The translations under genes and the position numbers were made by a program. 32,000 nt of DNA, from assembly GCA_003491285.1 (NCBI GenBank), contig CP022705.1:1095647-1127646 (forward strand), given 5' to 3'. The notes beneath the pieces were generated by a model. That model saw nothing but the letters and a program-made list of their open reading frames with translations. It searched no databases and had not been told where the DNA came from. Each line of letters starts with the position of its first letter. Position 1 is the stretch's first letter. This stretch comes from Methanobacterium sp. BRmetb2. Lineage in GTDB: Archaea > Methanobacteriota > Methanobacteria > Methanobacteriales > Methanobacteriaceae. Positions 15,385 through 25,147 of the stretch are shown here, one piece after another.

Positions 15385-17199
15385 ATGAATAAAAACCATT
15401 TTATCACACTTTCTTTATTACTTTTACTCACTTTTTCTATTTTATCTACTGTCGCTGCCCAGGATGATGATGATCGAAGCTACACAATTCCTTATGCAAA
15501 TATAGATCTTTATTTACAGGAAAATGGTAATTTACATGTGAAAGAGAAGCTTCATTATTCCTTTTCAGGGACGTATAATGGGGTGTATAGAGACATACCG
15601 ATTAAAACTGGTCAGAGAATAGAAAATATCCAAATAAATGCTGACGGGGCATATTCTACTCTTGAAGTTATAAATCAAGGTGATACACAGCGACTGAAAA
15701 TTTATTTATACTCCAATCCTGAAAAAACAGTGCCAATAACTGATAGGGATGTAGATGTTTATATTGAATATGATTTTATTAATGTTATCAAAATCTACAA
15801 CGACGTGGCAGAGTTACAATACAAACTCTGGGGAGAAAATTGGGAGGTCGATGTAGGTCAGGTCACTGGAAATATTCATTTACAATCTAGTGAAGGTGTA
15901 AAATACTGGATTAACCCCCCATATTATGTACAAAGTGACAAATGGCAGGGAAATATTTTGCAGATTAAATCTACTAACATTGCTTCGGGTAACTGGTTTG
16001 AAATAAGACTGGCCATACCTAAGGATCAGTTTTCAAGCAACCCCCTATTTGCACAAAAAATTGATAGTAACGGGTTACCAGAGATGGAACGAATCCAACA
16101 GGACTATACAAACGAATTAAACTTTAAAACCATACTTTACTCTATTTTATCGGTTTTAATGATTCTGGGTATATTCGTACCTATAATAATTTATTTCAGA
16201 TATGGTAGAGAACCTAAAATAGATTATCAAGCAGAATATGAGAGAGATTTACCAACTGCAGATCCTCCAGCAATGGTAAATGCTATATCTGGAAAAGGAT
16301 TCTCCAAAAGAATTGGTGAACCAGACATGGACGGATTTAGAGCCACTATAATGGATTTAATTAACCGGAAGTATCTGTTGATTCAGGATATCCCGTCAGA
16401 TATCAAAGAAGATACAGAAGGATCCATTTCATTGAAAATTAATGAAAATAAGGATTTTTCAAAGCTTAAATATTTTGAAGCTGATGTTATAAATTTCCTC
16501 AAATCCTTTGAAGAGGAAGGCATAGTGGGTCTTGACAGACTTAAATCTAATTTAAAAGTTAGAAGTAACGCTGAATCATTTAGAGATTCTTATAACTTGT
16601 GGAAAGATGATTTAAAGAACGAATTTTTAAATGATGATGTTATGAAAAAGATTTTCATCAGAAAAGGAGACACTTATCTAAAAATTTTTGGAGGATTAGG
16701 TTTGGTTATAGCGGCAGTGACTTTCTTTTTCACACTATTTGATCCATTTCCTGCTGCAAGATATGCTTTGGTTTCATCCATTGTTTTAGGTGTTGTGGCT
16801 ATAATTTCTTTAGTACTGCCACAAAAAATTGCTGGACGATGGACTACTTATGGTGAAGAATACAATGCTAAATGGCATAATTTTAAAAAGTATATTATGG
16901 ATTTCAGTTTAATTAAAGAATATCCCCCGGAGTCTATTGCCATATGGAATAAATACTTAGTATATGCCACAGCTCTTGGAATTGCAGATAAGGTACGTAA
17001 ATCAATGGAAATGACACTACCAACCGACGAACTAGCACGGAGTGATATCTACCTATTCCACTATTATGGAGGATATGTAATTCTTTCCTCCACATTAGAT
17101 GCCGGGATGGCCACAGCCACAAGTGGAGACTCTGGCGGTTTGGGCGGAGTCGGCGGAGTCGGCGGAGGATCTGGTGGAGGTGGAGGTGGAGCTTTTTAA
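15385..17199 (+). CDS. DUF2207-like membrane protein with C-terminal Gly-rich tail
   Basis: It has a signal/TM segment, a large extracytoplasmic domain, central and C-terminal TM helices, and the tail GDSGGLGGVGGVGGGSGGGGGGAF. It starts 8 nt after the lemA stop, with GGTGGT as RBS. LemA-DUF2207 is a known conserved gene pair. Confidence 0.75.
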   Translation: MNKNHFITLSLLLLLTFSILSTVAAQDDDDRSYTIPYANIDLYLQENGNLHVKEKLHYSFSGTYNGVYRDIPIKTGQRIENIQINADGAYSTLEVINQGDTQRLKIYLYSNPEKTVPITDRDVDVYIEYDFINVIKIYNDVAELQYKLWGENWEVDVGQVTGNIHLQSSEGVKYWINPPYYVQSDKWQGNILQIKSTNIASGNWFEIRLAIPKDQFSSNPLFAQKIDSNGLPEMERIQQDYTNELNFKTILYSILSVLMILGIFVPIIIYFRYGREPKIDYQAEYERDLPTADPPAMVNAISGKGFSKRIGEPDMDGFRATIMDLINRKYLLIQDIPSDIKEDTEGSISLKINENKDFSKLKYFEADVINFLKSFEEEGIVGLDRLKSNLKVRSNAESFRDSYNLWKDDLKNEFLNDDVMKKIFIRKGDTYLKIFGGLGLVIAAVTFFFTLFDPFPAARYALVSSIVLGVVAIISLVLPQKIAGRWTTYGEEYNAKWHNFKKYIMDFSLIKEYPPESIAIWNKYLVYATALGIADKVRKSMEMTLPTDELARSDIYLFHYYGGYVILSSTLDAGMATATSGDSGGLGGVGGVGGGSGGGGGGAF

Positions 17200-17321
17200 A
17201 TAAATATTCTCTTCTCCACATCCATTTTTTTCCTTTCTTTTTTTAGGTAGGGGAAAATTAAATTCTCTTTTTTTAAATTTTTCACTAAATTTTTAAATAA
17301 CAGCACGGATTACTACATAAT

Positions 17322-18674
17322 ATGAGAATTGTCTTAGCAGGAACCGGAAGTGCTGTGGGAAAAACAACCATTTCCACAGGTATAATGAAAGCACTTTCTA
17401 AAGAATATAAGGTACAGCCATTTAAAGTTGGCCCGGACTATATAGATCCAACTTATCATACTATGGCAACAGGTAATCCTTCACGAAACCTCGATTCCTT
17501 TTTCATGTCTGATGGTCAGATAAGACAATCATTTGAAAGAGGTTTAAAAAATTCCAAGTCAAATCTAGGAATAATAGAGGGGGTAAGAGGCCTATATGAA
17601 GGATTAAGCCCCATAAGTGATGTTGGAAATACAGCATCCATTGCAAAAGCCCTGGATGCTCCGGTGATACTTATTTTAAATGCACGGAGCCTGGTTAAAA
17701 GTGCAGCGGCAATTGTACTTGGATTTAAAACTCTCGACCCCCAAATAAAAATTAACGGTGTTATTTTAAACCAGGTGAAAAATAAAAAACACTACCTTAA
17801 AACCAAGGAATCAGTTGAAAAACTTTCTTATACTGAAGTGATAGGTGGTTTACCTCGAAGCGAGGACATTGCTGTAGAACAACGTCATTTAGGTTTAGTT
17901 CCGGCAGTGGAACGCGAGAATATTCTAAGTTTCATTGATAAGTGGGGAAGAGTAATTGAGGAAAATATTGATCTGGATCGGCTTTTAACAATTATGAAGG
18001 ACTCCAATAAATTACCGCCGGGAAGAGAAGATACATGGCATAAAAAAAATCGTAAAAAGGTTAAGATTGGAGTTGCACAAGATGAAATATTTACTTTTTA
18101 TTATAAAGAGAATTTAGAGGCTTTAGAAGATAATAATGCAGAAATAGTACCATTCAGTCCCTATCATCATGAAGAATTACCCGATGTGGATGCACTTTAT
18201 TTTGGGGGAGGTTATCCTGAAATATTTGCCAAAGAACTGGAATCAAACCAATCCATGAGGTTATCTGTTAAAAAATTCCATGAAGATGGACGGCCCATAT
18301 ATGCTGAATGTGGAGGCTTAATGTATCTTACCAAATCTATAAACAATAAGAAAATGTGTAACGTTTTTAATTATGATTCTATAATGACGAAAAAGCCCCA
18401 AGCATTAAGTTATGTTATTGCTAAAACAAAAAATGATAATATTATCACTAAACAAGATGAAATATTTCATGGGCACGAATTTCACTACTCTAAAATCTTA
18501 TTAAAAGGTAAAAATAATTTTGCATTTGAAATCCTCAGAGGTAAAGGTATAAAAGGTTCTTTAGATGGTTTAATGAGTAAAAACACGGTGGCCAGCTATG
18601 TTCATACCCACGTGGCAGCTTGTCCTCAATTTGCCCCTAATTTGGCCATAAGTGCCGTGGAACTTAATGATTAA
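17322..18674 (+). CDS. cbiA: Cobyrinate / Ni-sirohydrochlorin a,c-diamide synthase (CbiA/CfbB family)
   Basis: The N-terminal ATP-binding motif is [24 protein letters not shown] is present. The C-terminal glutamine amidotransferase domain has [10 protein letters not shown] and GHEFHYS. I cannot tell the cobalamin (CbiA) paralog from the F430 (CfbB) paralog by eye. Confidence 0.85.
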   Translation: MRIVLAGTGSAVGKTTISTGIMKALSKEYKVQPFKVGPDYIDPTYHTMATGNPSRNLDSFFMSDGQIRQSFERGLKNSKSNLGIIEGVRGLYEGLSPISDVGNTASIAKALDAPVILILNARSLVKSAAAIVLGFKTLDPQIKINGVILNQVKNKKHYLKTKESVEKLSYTEVIGGLPRSEDIAVEQRHLGLVPAVERENILSFIDKWGRVIEENIDLDRLLTIMKDSNKLPPGREDTWHKKNRKKVKIGVAQDEIFTFYYKENLEALEDNNAEIVPFSPYHHEELPDVDALYFGGGYPEIFAKELESNQSMRLSVKKFHEDGRPIYAECGGLMYLTKSINNKKMCNVFNYDSIMTKKPQALSYVIAKTKNDNIITKQDEIFHGHEFHYSKILLKGKNNFAFEILRGKGIKGSLDGLMSKNTVASYVHTHVAACPQFAPNLAISAVELND

Positions 18675-18707
18675 ATTTTTATTGAGATTGGAGTTATAGG
18701 TGTATTT

Positions 18708-19853
18708 ATGAAAATCAGAAATATTGACATTTTTTCTCCTTACATCATGATTTTTGGTATACTGCTTTACCTGGCCCTGGCAGTTGTAGCTTTCAATTAT
18801 AATATTAATGGTTTAGAACCATCATCAAGTTTAACTTATTACACGGTATTTTATGGTGTAACTCTGTTTTTGGTGGGTATTTTTTTTGCAATTTATATTC
18901 AGAGGTACTTGAAAATAAAAAAATCTTCTTTGAGTTTTATAAAATTTTCTAAAAAGTTAAAACCACATATATCATTCGAAAAAATAATTTTAAGCTTGAT
19001 TATAATGGGGATATTATTACAAATAGTTAACATTTATCTGGTAGGAGGTATACCCCTTTTTAGTGGTTATCTCAAAGCTAAAGCCATAACTAAAATTTGG
19101 TTTGTGTCATATTTGATATTTCTACCGTCCATTAACATATTGTTGGCTAAATTTAATAGGAAATGGTATTATCTCCTTTTTGCTGTTGGTTTACTTTTAT
19201 TTGCCATTACTGGTTATCGAACTACTACCATGGCCATAATATTCAGTGTTTTTATCACCAGTTATTATGTGTTGAATCTAAAATTTAAATACATACTAAT
19301 TTTCGCCATGTTAATGTTAATAATAGGTGTATCAGTAGGTTATATTGCAGTAAAAGCAATTGAATGGCAGCAGTGGAACTTAAACCCCTTTGAATTATTT
19401 TTCTACCGTGCAGGCTACACACTGAATGTCTTGGATAGGGTTGTGGAAATGGTGGGAGCAACTAAAGGTTCCCTATTCTATTATACACTCACGGGATTTT
19501 TTGAATCTATGGATCCTAGGATTATTATTGGAGAAACTGTTTTAAAATATCGAGTATCTACTACATCTACTATATTTGGCCCAGCTTTACTGGATTTTGG
19601 CTATCTGGGCTTAGGGGTGCAGATGTTTTTGCTGGGAATTTATTTAAAATTGTTACACACACTTCAAAAAATGAAAAAAGGAATATACACGGCATTTTAT
19701 GCCATAATATTGGCTCATTCACTTATATGGATAGAAACTGGGCCTACTGATTTGGTAGTGTGGGCTTTCTTTGTAATTGGCCTACTTTTGATACTATTAA
19801 ATTATACTTTAGATTCAAAATCCGAAGTGAAAACTGAAAATGGTGCTCTTTGA
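18708..19853 (+). CDS. Polytopic integral membrane protein (about 10 TM; Wzy/oligosaccharide-polymerase-like topology, family unassigned)
   Basis: Hydrophobic segments run throughout. AGGTG RBS precedes the start. Its stop codon overlaps the next start (TGATG). Confidence 0.6.
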   Translation: MKIRNIDIFSPYIMIFGILLYLALAVVAFNYNINGLEPSSSLTYYTVFYGVTLFLVGIFFAIYIQRYLKIKKSSLSFIKFSKKLKPHISFEKIILSLIIMGILLQIVNIYLVGGIPLFSGYLKAKAITKIWFVSYLIFLPSINILLAKFNRKWYYLLFAVGLLLFAITGYRTTTMAIIFSVFITSYYVLNLKFKYILIFAMLMLIIGVSVGYIAVKAIEWQQWNLNPFELFFYRAGYTLNVLDRVVEMVGATKGSLFYYTLTGFFESMDPRIIIGETVLKYRVSTTSTIFGPALLDFGYLGLGVQMFLLGIYLKLLHTLQKMKKGIYTAFYAIILAHSLIWIETGPTDLVVWAFFVIGLLLILLNYTLDSKSEVKTENGAL

Positions 19854-20923
19854 TGAAAATTGCAATAGCTGCTGAAATTGCCCCTGCTAAAACTTTTATT
19901 CCGATATTAGAAAAATTAGACGCAGAAGTAATTGGTTTAACTCATGGTGATGGGGCAAGCGAATTATTAGAAGAATTTTGTTCTAGTATATACAGTATTG
20001 GGCAGGGCCGGGGAAAGGAAGCACAAAAACGATCAAATTTTAAAATTGCTTGGTTGGTTTTAAAGGATATTTTTAAAGCAGTTGGTTCATTACGAGGTCA
20101 TGATATTGATCTTTTACTTACCTGTGGAAATGCAGGTGATGTGAGAAAAGGAATTGCTGCCGCCAAAATACTGGGAATTCCCAACCTGCATATTGAACAG
20201 GATATCTATAATCCTATAGAAATGATAGCATATTCTAATCTGGTAACAGTTCCATCAAAACAATATAAAAATCTGGTGGAAGAGAGATATGGCCTAGTGA
20301 ATGTACGAGTAATTGGTGGATATCCCCAAGCTTCATATATAAAAAAAACTGCATTGCACAATGTTGAACAGATTAAAAATATGTATAATGCGGATGATTT
20401 CCTGTTGATGGTGCTGGGAGGAGATGTTAAAAGTGAAGATTTGCCTGAAATTATTAAAACACTTGAAAATCTCCATGAAAATATTTTAATAGCCCCATAT
20501 CGTTTTGATAAAGATCATGTACTAAATCTAGTCAAATCACCCCAATTGAAAGTTTTAGATGGTTTTGTGGATCTTTTACCTATTATGAATGCCTCCTCTG
20601 GCATGATATATGGGGCGGGTATGGGCCTAACTATTGAGGCTGGAGCAATGGAAATTCCTTCTATAAAATTGGCAGGATTTCACAGTCAACATGCCAGTAT
20701 GGATCTGGCATATAAATTAGGCATACCTGTTGTAGTTGTAGAAGATATTCCAGATGCACTTGAAAACCTTAAAAAACCAAGAGGTCAATGGTTAATTGAT
20801 AATGGAGAAAAAGCAGTATCAAATGTAGTGGAACTGATTAATAACTTTGATAATGAAAAATCCAGAAGCAGTGGTTTTTCAAGTATGAGAAAAATATGGA
20901 AAGAAAGATCAAAATTTAGATAG
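19853..20923 (+). CDS. GT-B fold glycosyltransferase-like protein (MurG/DUF354-like)
   Basis: The C-terminal IYGAGMGLTIEAGAMEIPSI resembles the MurG/GT28 C-terminal nucleotide-sugar-binding motif. The N-terminus MKIAIAAEIAPAKTFIPILEKL is Rossmann-like. ATG at 19853 overlaps the upstream stop. The ORF track uses TTG at 19850. Confidence 0.5.
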   Translation: MKIAIAAEIAPAKTFIPILEKLDAEVIGLTHGDGASELLEEFCSSIYSIGQGRGKEAQKRSNFKIAWLVLKDIFKAVGSLRGHDIDLLLTCGNAGDVRKGIAAAKILGIPNLHIEQDIYNPIEMIAYSNLVTVPSKQYKNLVEERYGLVNVRVIGGYPQASYIKKTALHNVEQIKNMYNADDFLLMVLGGDVKSEDLPEIIKTLENLHENILIAPYRFDKDHVLNLVKSPQLKVLDGFVDLLPIMNASSGMIYGAGMGLTIEAGAMEIPSIKLAGFHSQHASMDLAYKLGIPVVVVEDIPDALENLKKPRGQWLIDNGEKAVSNVVELINNFDNEKSRSSGFSSMRKIWKERSKFR

Positions 20924-21196
20924 CTCAATTAAATGAACTTTAATAAATTTTATTTTATTTTAATTTTCATTTTAAATAGATAAATTAATTTAATTATTTA
21001 AAACTGATTTTCAACTATTTAATTGATTAAAAATCCCTGAAAAAGTTTAAAATAAGCAAATTTTACTCTTTAATAATATATTACTAATTTGTTTAATTTA
21101 AAGAATTTGTTAAAATACCAGTATAAAAACTTAGCCATAAAAAATAAAATCAAAAAATACTTATTAGATTATTAGAATAGGATTTTTGGTGATATA

Positions 21197-22027
21197 ATGG
21201 TAGTTAAAATAGGAGTTATTAAATGTGGTAATATTGGTACCTCTCCTGTAATTGATTTATTACTCGATGAGAGGGCTGACAGACCGAATATAGACACCTG
21301 TGTAATCGGTTCTGGAGCTAAGATGAACCCAGAAGAAATTGAAAAAGCTGTACCTTTAATGCTGGAAATGGAAAGGGACTTTGTAATATTCATTAGCCCA
21401 AACCCTGGTGCTCCAGGCCCTGCTAAAGCAAGAGAATTATTATCTGCAGCAGATGTACCTGCAATCATCATTGGTGATGCTCCAGGACTAAGAGCTAAAG
21501 ACGAAATGGATGAACAAGGCTTAGGCTACATAATAGTTAAAGCAGACCCAATGATTGGAGCTAGAAGAGAACTTCTGGACCCAACTGAAATGGCCTCATT
21601 TAACTCTGACGTAATAAAAGTATTAGCATTAACCGGAGCTTACCGAGTTGTACAAAACACCATCGACGCTGCAGTAGCTAATGTTGAAGCAGGAAGTGGT
21701 GTAGAACTTCCAAAAGTTGTTATATCTAGAGATGTTGCTATAGAAGCTGCAAACTTTGCTAACCCATATGCTAAAGCCAAAGCAATGGCTGCATACGAAA
21801 TTGCAACCACCGTAGCAAATATAGATGTTGAAGGATGTTTCATGGTACAAGACGCTGCAAAATACATACCAATCGTTGCATCAGCACACGAAATGTTAGG
21901 TACAGCAGCAAAACTTGCTATGGAAGCTCGTGAAATAGAAAAAGCTAACGACACAGTTACCAGAACCCCACACGGTGGAGATGGTAGCACAGTTTCAAAA
22001 GTAGCTTTAATGGACAAACCACAATAA
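21197..22027 (+). CDS. mtd: F420-dependent methylenetetrahydromethanopterin dehydrogenase
   Basis: MVVKIGVIKCGNIGTSPVIDLLLDERADR...FISPNPGAPGP is the characteristic Mtd N-terminus, and the length (276 aa) fits. GGTGAT RBS (21188-21193) lies 3 nt before the ATG. Confidence 0.95.
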   Translation: MVVKIGVIKCGNIGTSPVIDLLLDERADRPNIDTCVIGSGAKMNPEEIEKAVPLMLEMERDFVIFISPNPGAPGPAKARELLSAADVPAIIIGDAPGLRAKDEMDEQGLGYIIVKADPMIGARRELLDPTEMASFNSDVIKVLALTGAYRVVQNTIDAAVANVEAGSGVELPKVVISRDVAIEAANFANPYAKAKAMAAYEIATTVANIDVEGCFMVQDAAKYIPIVASAHEMLGTAAKLAMEAREIEKANDTVTRTPHGGDGSTVSKVALMDKPQ

Positions 22028-22041
22028 TTTGGTTTTAAAGT

Positions 22042-22074
22042 AGTCCCCGGGACTGCTTCTTTTTTTCTTTTTTC
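22042..22074 (+). terminator. Inverted repeat plus oligo-T terminator after mtd
   Basis: AGTCCC/GGGACT inverted repeat (22042-22054) followed by ttctttttttcttttttc. Confidence 0.55.
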
Positions 22075-22210
22075 TAAATTAATTTTTAGATGTTTAGCTT
22101 TTTTAATCAAATATTAAAATTATTATATTTATTTAACAATTTCATAATTCTGTTTTTACGATACTACATATTTTAGTAAAATGTTTATTTTAGAAAAGCA
22201 TAATTGAATC

Positions 22211-22921
22211 ATGAATTTAAAGGATATTTTACATGATGCAGGGAGATACACATGTAGTGATTGGACTAAACTACTTCTTTTAGGATTTACTTTATTATTG
22301 TTAGATTTATCAAATGAAAGTGCTAGTTATGGACTTAAAAGTCACATATTTGATTATATATTCTTGGTATCGGGTTCAATCCTTGCTCTTGTTGAGGGAG
22401 GCTACGCATTTCGTATTGTAGAAGAAACAATTAAAGGATCTACGGAACCTCCCCATTTTAATAGATTTTATGAATTACTAGTACACGGACTTAAACACTG
22501 GATAATGATAGTTACCTACGCCATATTCCCATCAATCATTATTATAATTGGAGTGTTGTTTGCGGTGGTTGATAGTGACATAGGGGCCCTAATAGTTATT
22601 TTAGGATTTATTTTAACTTTTCCATTCACAATACAATGGATGGGCGCACTTTTGAACATGGCCCATAATCATGGAAGTTTAAAATCAGCATATCATTTTA
22701 GAACAATTTATAAAAGAATTAGATTAATTGGGCTTAAAAGATTAACTGTTGCTTATGTTGGGATATTTCTAGTTGCAAGTATAATAACTGTTACTTTGAG
22801 AGACAGTATGAGCTCGACCATACCTATTTTTGGAATTTTCATATTTCAACTGATATTAGCTCCGTTCATATTAATTTATACAACTCGGATATTGGGATTG
22901 GTTGATAAGCCCTTAAATTAG
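22211..22921 (+). CDS. Integral membrane protein, DUF4013-like
   Basis: The N-terminus ILHDAGRYTCSDWTKLLLLGF resembles the DUF4013 opening motif. It has 5-6 TM helices. Confidence 0.5.
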   Translation: MNLKDILHDAGRYTCSDWTKLLLLGFTLLLLDLSNESASYGLKSHIFDYIFLVSGSILALVEGGYAFRIVEETIKGSTEPPHFNRFYELLVHGLKHWIMIVTYAIFPSIIIIIGVLFAVVDSDIGALIVILGFILTFPFTIQWMGALLNMAHNHGSLKSAYHFRTIYKRIRLIGLKRLTVAYVGIFLVASIITVTLRDSMSSTIPIFGIFIFQLILAPFILIYTTRILGLVDKPLN

Positions 22922-23028
22922 AATATAATTGATTAAGATTAATATTAGAAAACATATTTTCTCAAAACTAAGAATGTGTTTTCTTAAATATCTAAATAAT
23001 TTCTTTTTGTGATAAAATAGAAATTTAT

Positions 23029-23496
23029 TTATTCAAAAAGTGAACTGAAATCTTCCACCATATTTCTCCATACGCCGCTCTTCAATTCATTTTTACCGAG
23101 TTTTACTTTACCAATAAATTCCATTCCTTTTTCTTCAAGAGCAGTTTTTATCTGATCAGTTGCCATTTCATTCCCATTTCCGCCCATGGTTACAAGTACT
23201 GCACACTTTTTACCTTCTGTATTATGGACTTGAGTTAAATATTCCAGTGTTCCAGAAGGCGCACGGCCGGCCCAAATAGGACAACACACAAGGAGACAGT
23301 CATAATTGTCCATATCAGTTTCACAAGGCTCAATAGGAACTTTTTTTTCAAGATATGCGTGTACTGCTTTAATAACATACCACCTATCTTTCACAGGTTC
23401 TATTCTGGTAAAATTTGCATTAATCTTTTTTTGTAATTCTTTCGCCACAGTTAGTGTGGTCCCAGTAAAGGAGTAACACGCTATTAGAGTCTTCAT
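23029..23496 (-). CDS. Flavodoxin-family protein
   Basis: MKTLIACYSFTGTT is an FMN phosphate-binding loop. The length is about 155 aa and CPIWAGRAP is present. Confidence 0.8.
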   Translation of the reverse strand: MKTLIACYSFTGTTLTVAKELQKKINANFTRIEPVKDRWYVIKAVHAYLEKKVPIEPCETDMDNYDCLLVCCPIWAGRAPSGTLEYLTQVHNTEGKKCAVLVTMGGNGNEMATDQIKTALEEKGMEFIGKVKLGKNELKSGVWRNMVEDFSSLFE

Positions 23497-23568
23497 TTAT
23501 CTTTCCCTCCCACTTTAGCTATTTGCTTTACTTTTTCTAATTTGATATATGCACTTTTTTGCACTAGA

Positions 23569-24156
23569 TTAGATTATACCTTTAGTACTTAAAATTGAAT
23601 CGTGTTCCACACGACACGCATCTTTCATGGCCTTTGAAAAAGCTTTAAACAGAGCTTCTATTTGGTGGTGATCATTTTCTCCAGTTACATGGGCGTTAAT
23701 GTTTATTTTAGCGGTGTTAGCAAAGGAATCAAAGAAGTGGGCCACGTTTTCTGTACTTAAATCTCCAACTTTGGATTTTTTAAACTTTATATCAAGGACA
23801 GAATAACTTCTTCCACTGATATCGATGGCTACAGTGGCTAGTGCATCGTCCATAGGGACTATGGCGTGTGACATTCTTTTTATCCCTTTTTTATCTCCAA
23901 TAGCCTGGTTAAATACTTCACCCATCAGGATTCCCACGTCTTCTACAGTATGGTGATCGTCAACTCCAGTGTCTCCAAAGGCTTTCACTTTAAGATCGAA
24001 AAATCCATGTCGGGCAAAAGAATCCAGCATGTGGTCGAAAAATTGAATTCCTGTATTTAAATCAGAATTTCCTTCACCATCAATATTGAGAGTAATTTCA
24101 ATGTCTGTTTCAGAGGTTGTCCTCTTCATTTTGCTTTTTCTTTTCATCTTTATCAT
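23569..24156 (-). CDS. hisB: Imidazoleglycerol-phosphate dehydratase
   Basis: RTTSETDIEITLNIDGEG, DHHTVEDVGI and ENDHHQIEALFKAF are the conserved His-rich IGPD motifs. The real start is probably an internal Met (24147 or 24129). The longest ORF overlaps the upstream ferredoxin gene by 47 nt. Confidence 0.9.
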   Translation of the reverse strand: MIKMKRKSKMKRTTSETDIEITLNIDGEGNSDLNTGIQFFDHMLDSFARHGFFDLKVKAFGDTGVDDHHTVEDVGILMGEVFNQAIGDKKGIKRMSHAIVPMDDALATVAIDISGRSYSVLDIKFKKSKVGDLSTENVAHFFDSFANTAKININAHVTGENDHHQIEALFKAFSKAMKDACRVEHDSILSTKGII

Positions 24157-24346
24157 CTCTTATTACGGTTATAGCTCCTTCAGGACATTTAGATGCACAT
24201 ATCATACATAAATGGCAGTATTCTAAGTTAGAAACATTTGCTGTTCGATTTTTTTTATTTACTGTCCATATTTTTGGTCCTTTGGGACATTCTTGAATAC
24301 AAGTACCACAGCCAGTGCATTTTTCTTGGTCTATAACGATTTTCAT
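24110..24346 (-). CDS. 2x[4Fe-4S] ferredoxin-domain protein with lysine/glutamate-rich tail
   Basis: Two cluster motifs are present: CTGCGTCIQECP and CHLCMICASKCP. Confidence 0.85.
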   Translation of the reverse strand: MKIVIDQEKCTGCGTCIQECPKGPKIWTVNKKNRTANVSNLEYCHLCMICASKCPEGAITVIRDDKDEKKKQNEEDNL

Positions 24347-24357
24347 TCAAATACCAA

Positions 24358-24392
24358 TTATAACTTATAACTTATAACTTTGAACTTATAAT
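24358..24392. repeat. 7-bp tandem repeat TTATAAC (3 perfect plus 2 degenerate copies) directly upstream of the ferredoxin-hisB genes
   Basis: Perfect copies lie at 24358-64, 24365-71 and 24372-78, followed by tttgaac and ttataat. A related ACTTATAACTTATAAG element occurs at 6297-6335. Confidence 0.8.
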
Positions 24393-24409
24393 TTGATAGT
24401 CACAAATTT

Positions 24410-25105
24410 TTATAGTTTAATAACAGGTACAGACGCTGCTTTAAATCCAATAAAAACTTTTTTATCCAAATTTAGCTGCAGTTCTTCTCTTGAATGTTCA
24501 GTGATATATGCAAATAGATTGATCTTTTCAGCAAGCATTATATTTAGTCTTACCATTTGATTTTTAATTTCCATTCCAATAATTTTCCCTTCGAACATAT
24601 TTCTAACGCTAGATTCTTGGGGTTTTAGCATGATAAATATGTCTTCAGGGCTTAATAACAATAATACTTTATCTCCTAAATTTAAATTTTCCATAAATGG
24701 TAACATCACATTAAGGCCATTTAAACTTATATTCATAACCCTATTCTTTTTATCTATATCTGAAACTTTGCCTTCTAATTCATTAAATTGAGAATGTTTT
24801 TTTAATATGATGTTAAGCTTTGCATATTCTTTAACCACTAATTTTCCCATATTTGTAAGTTCACTACTTCCCCCTCCACCTTTTCCTCCTCTTTTGGTAA
24901 TAACTATTGGTTTTTCAAGATTTTTTTCAATTAATTCTATATGTTTCAAGGCACTTCTATAGGGAATTCCACTAGTTTTTGCTGCTTTAATAATTGAGCC
25001 ATAATGATCTATGCATTTTAAAAATTCGTACTTTTTATGATCCAAAACAATAGATTTGCCCTCTATTTCCAGTTTATATTCTGGACTTTCTTTTAAGATA
25101 GTCAT
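24410..25105 (-). CDS. ModE-like transcriptional regulator (N-terminal HTH plus C-terminal TOBE/Mop-like domain)
   Basis: YEFLKCIDHYGSIIKAAKTSGIPYRSALKHIELIEKNL...ITKRGGKGGGGSSELT matches the ModE N-terminal HTH and its Gly-rich turn. The C-terminal half (GKVSDID...MNISLNG...VRLNIMLAE) looks like a TOBE beta-barrel. Confidence 0.65.
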   Translation of the reverse strand: MTILKESPEYKLEIEGKSIVLDHKKYEFLKCIDHYGSIIKAAKTSGIPYRSALKHIELIEKNLEKPIVITKRGGKGGGGSSELTNMGKLVVKEYAKLNIILKKHSQFNELEGKVSDIDKKNRVMNISLNGLNVMLPFMENLNLGDKVLLLLSPEDIFIMLKPQESSVRNMFEGKIIGMEIKNQMVRLNIMLAEKINLFAYITEHSREELQLNLDKKVFIGFKAASVPVIKL

Positions 25106-25147
25106 GATAAGACTACTCCCCTCTCAATTATAATGGTACATTTATTA

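Noticed and set aside
16934-17221. 95-aa minus-strand ORF at the DUF2207 3-prime end; also 25959..26168, 27144..27341 and 28853..29122
   Set aside because: They are antisense shadows of well-supported genes: the Gly-rich repeat read backwards gives an Arg/Leu/His-rich product, and the others lie inside the flippase, ISF and GAD genes.
21640-22110. 156-aa and 99-aa minus-strand ORFs overlapping mtd (21640..22110, 21172..21471) and a 73-aa ORF at 21629..21850
   Set aside because: They are antisense shadows of the highly conserved mtd gene. They are Ala/Ser-rich with no motifs and no RBS.
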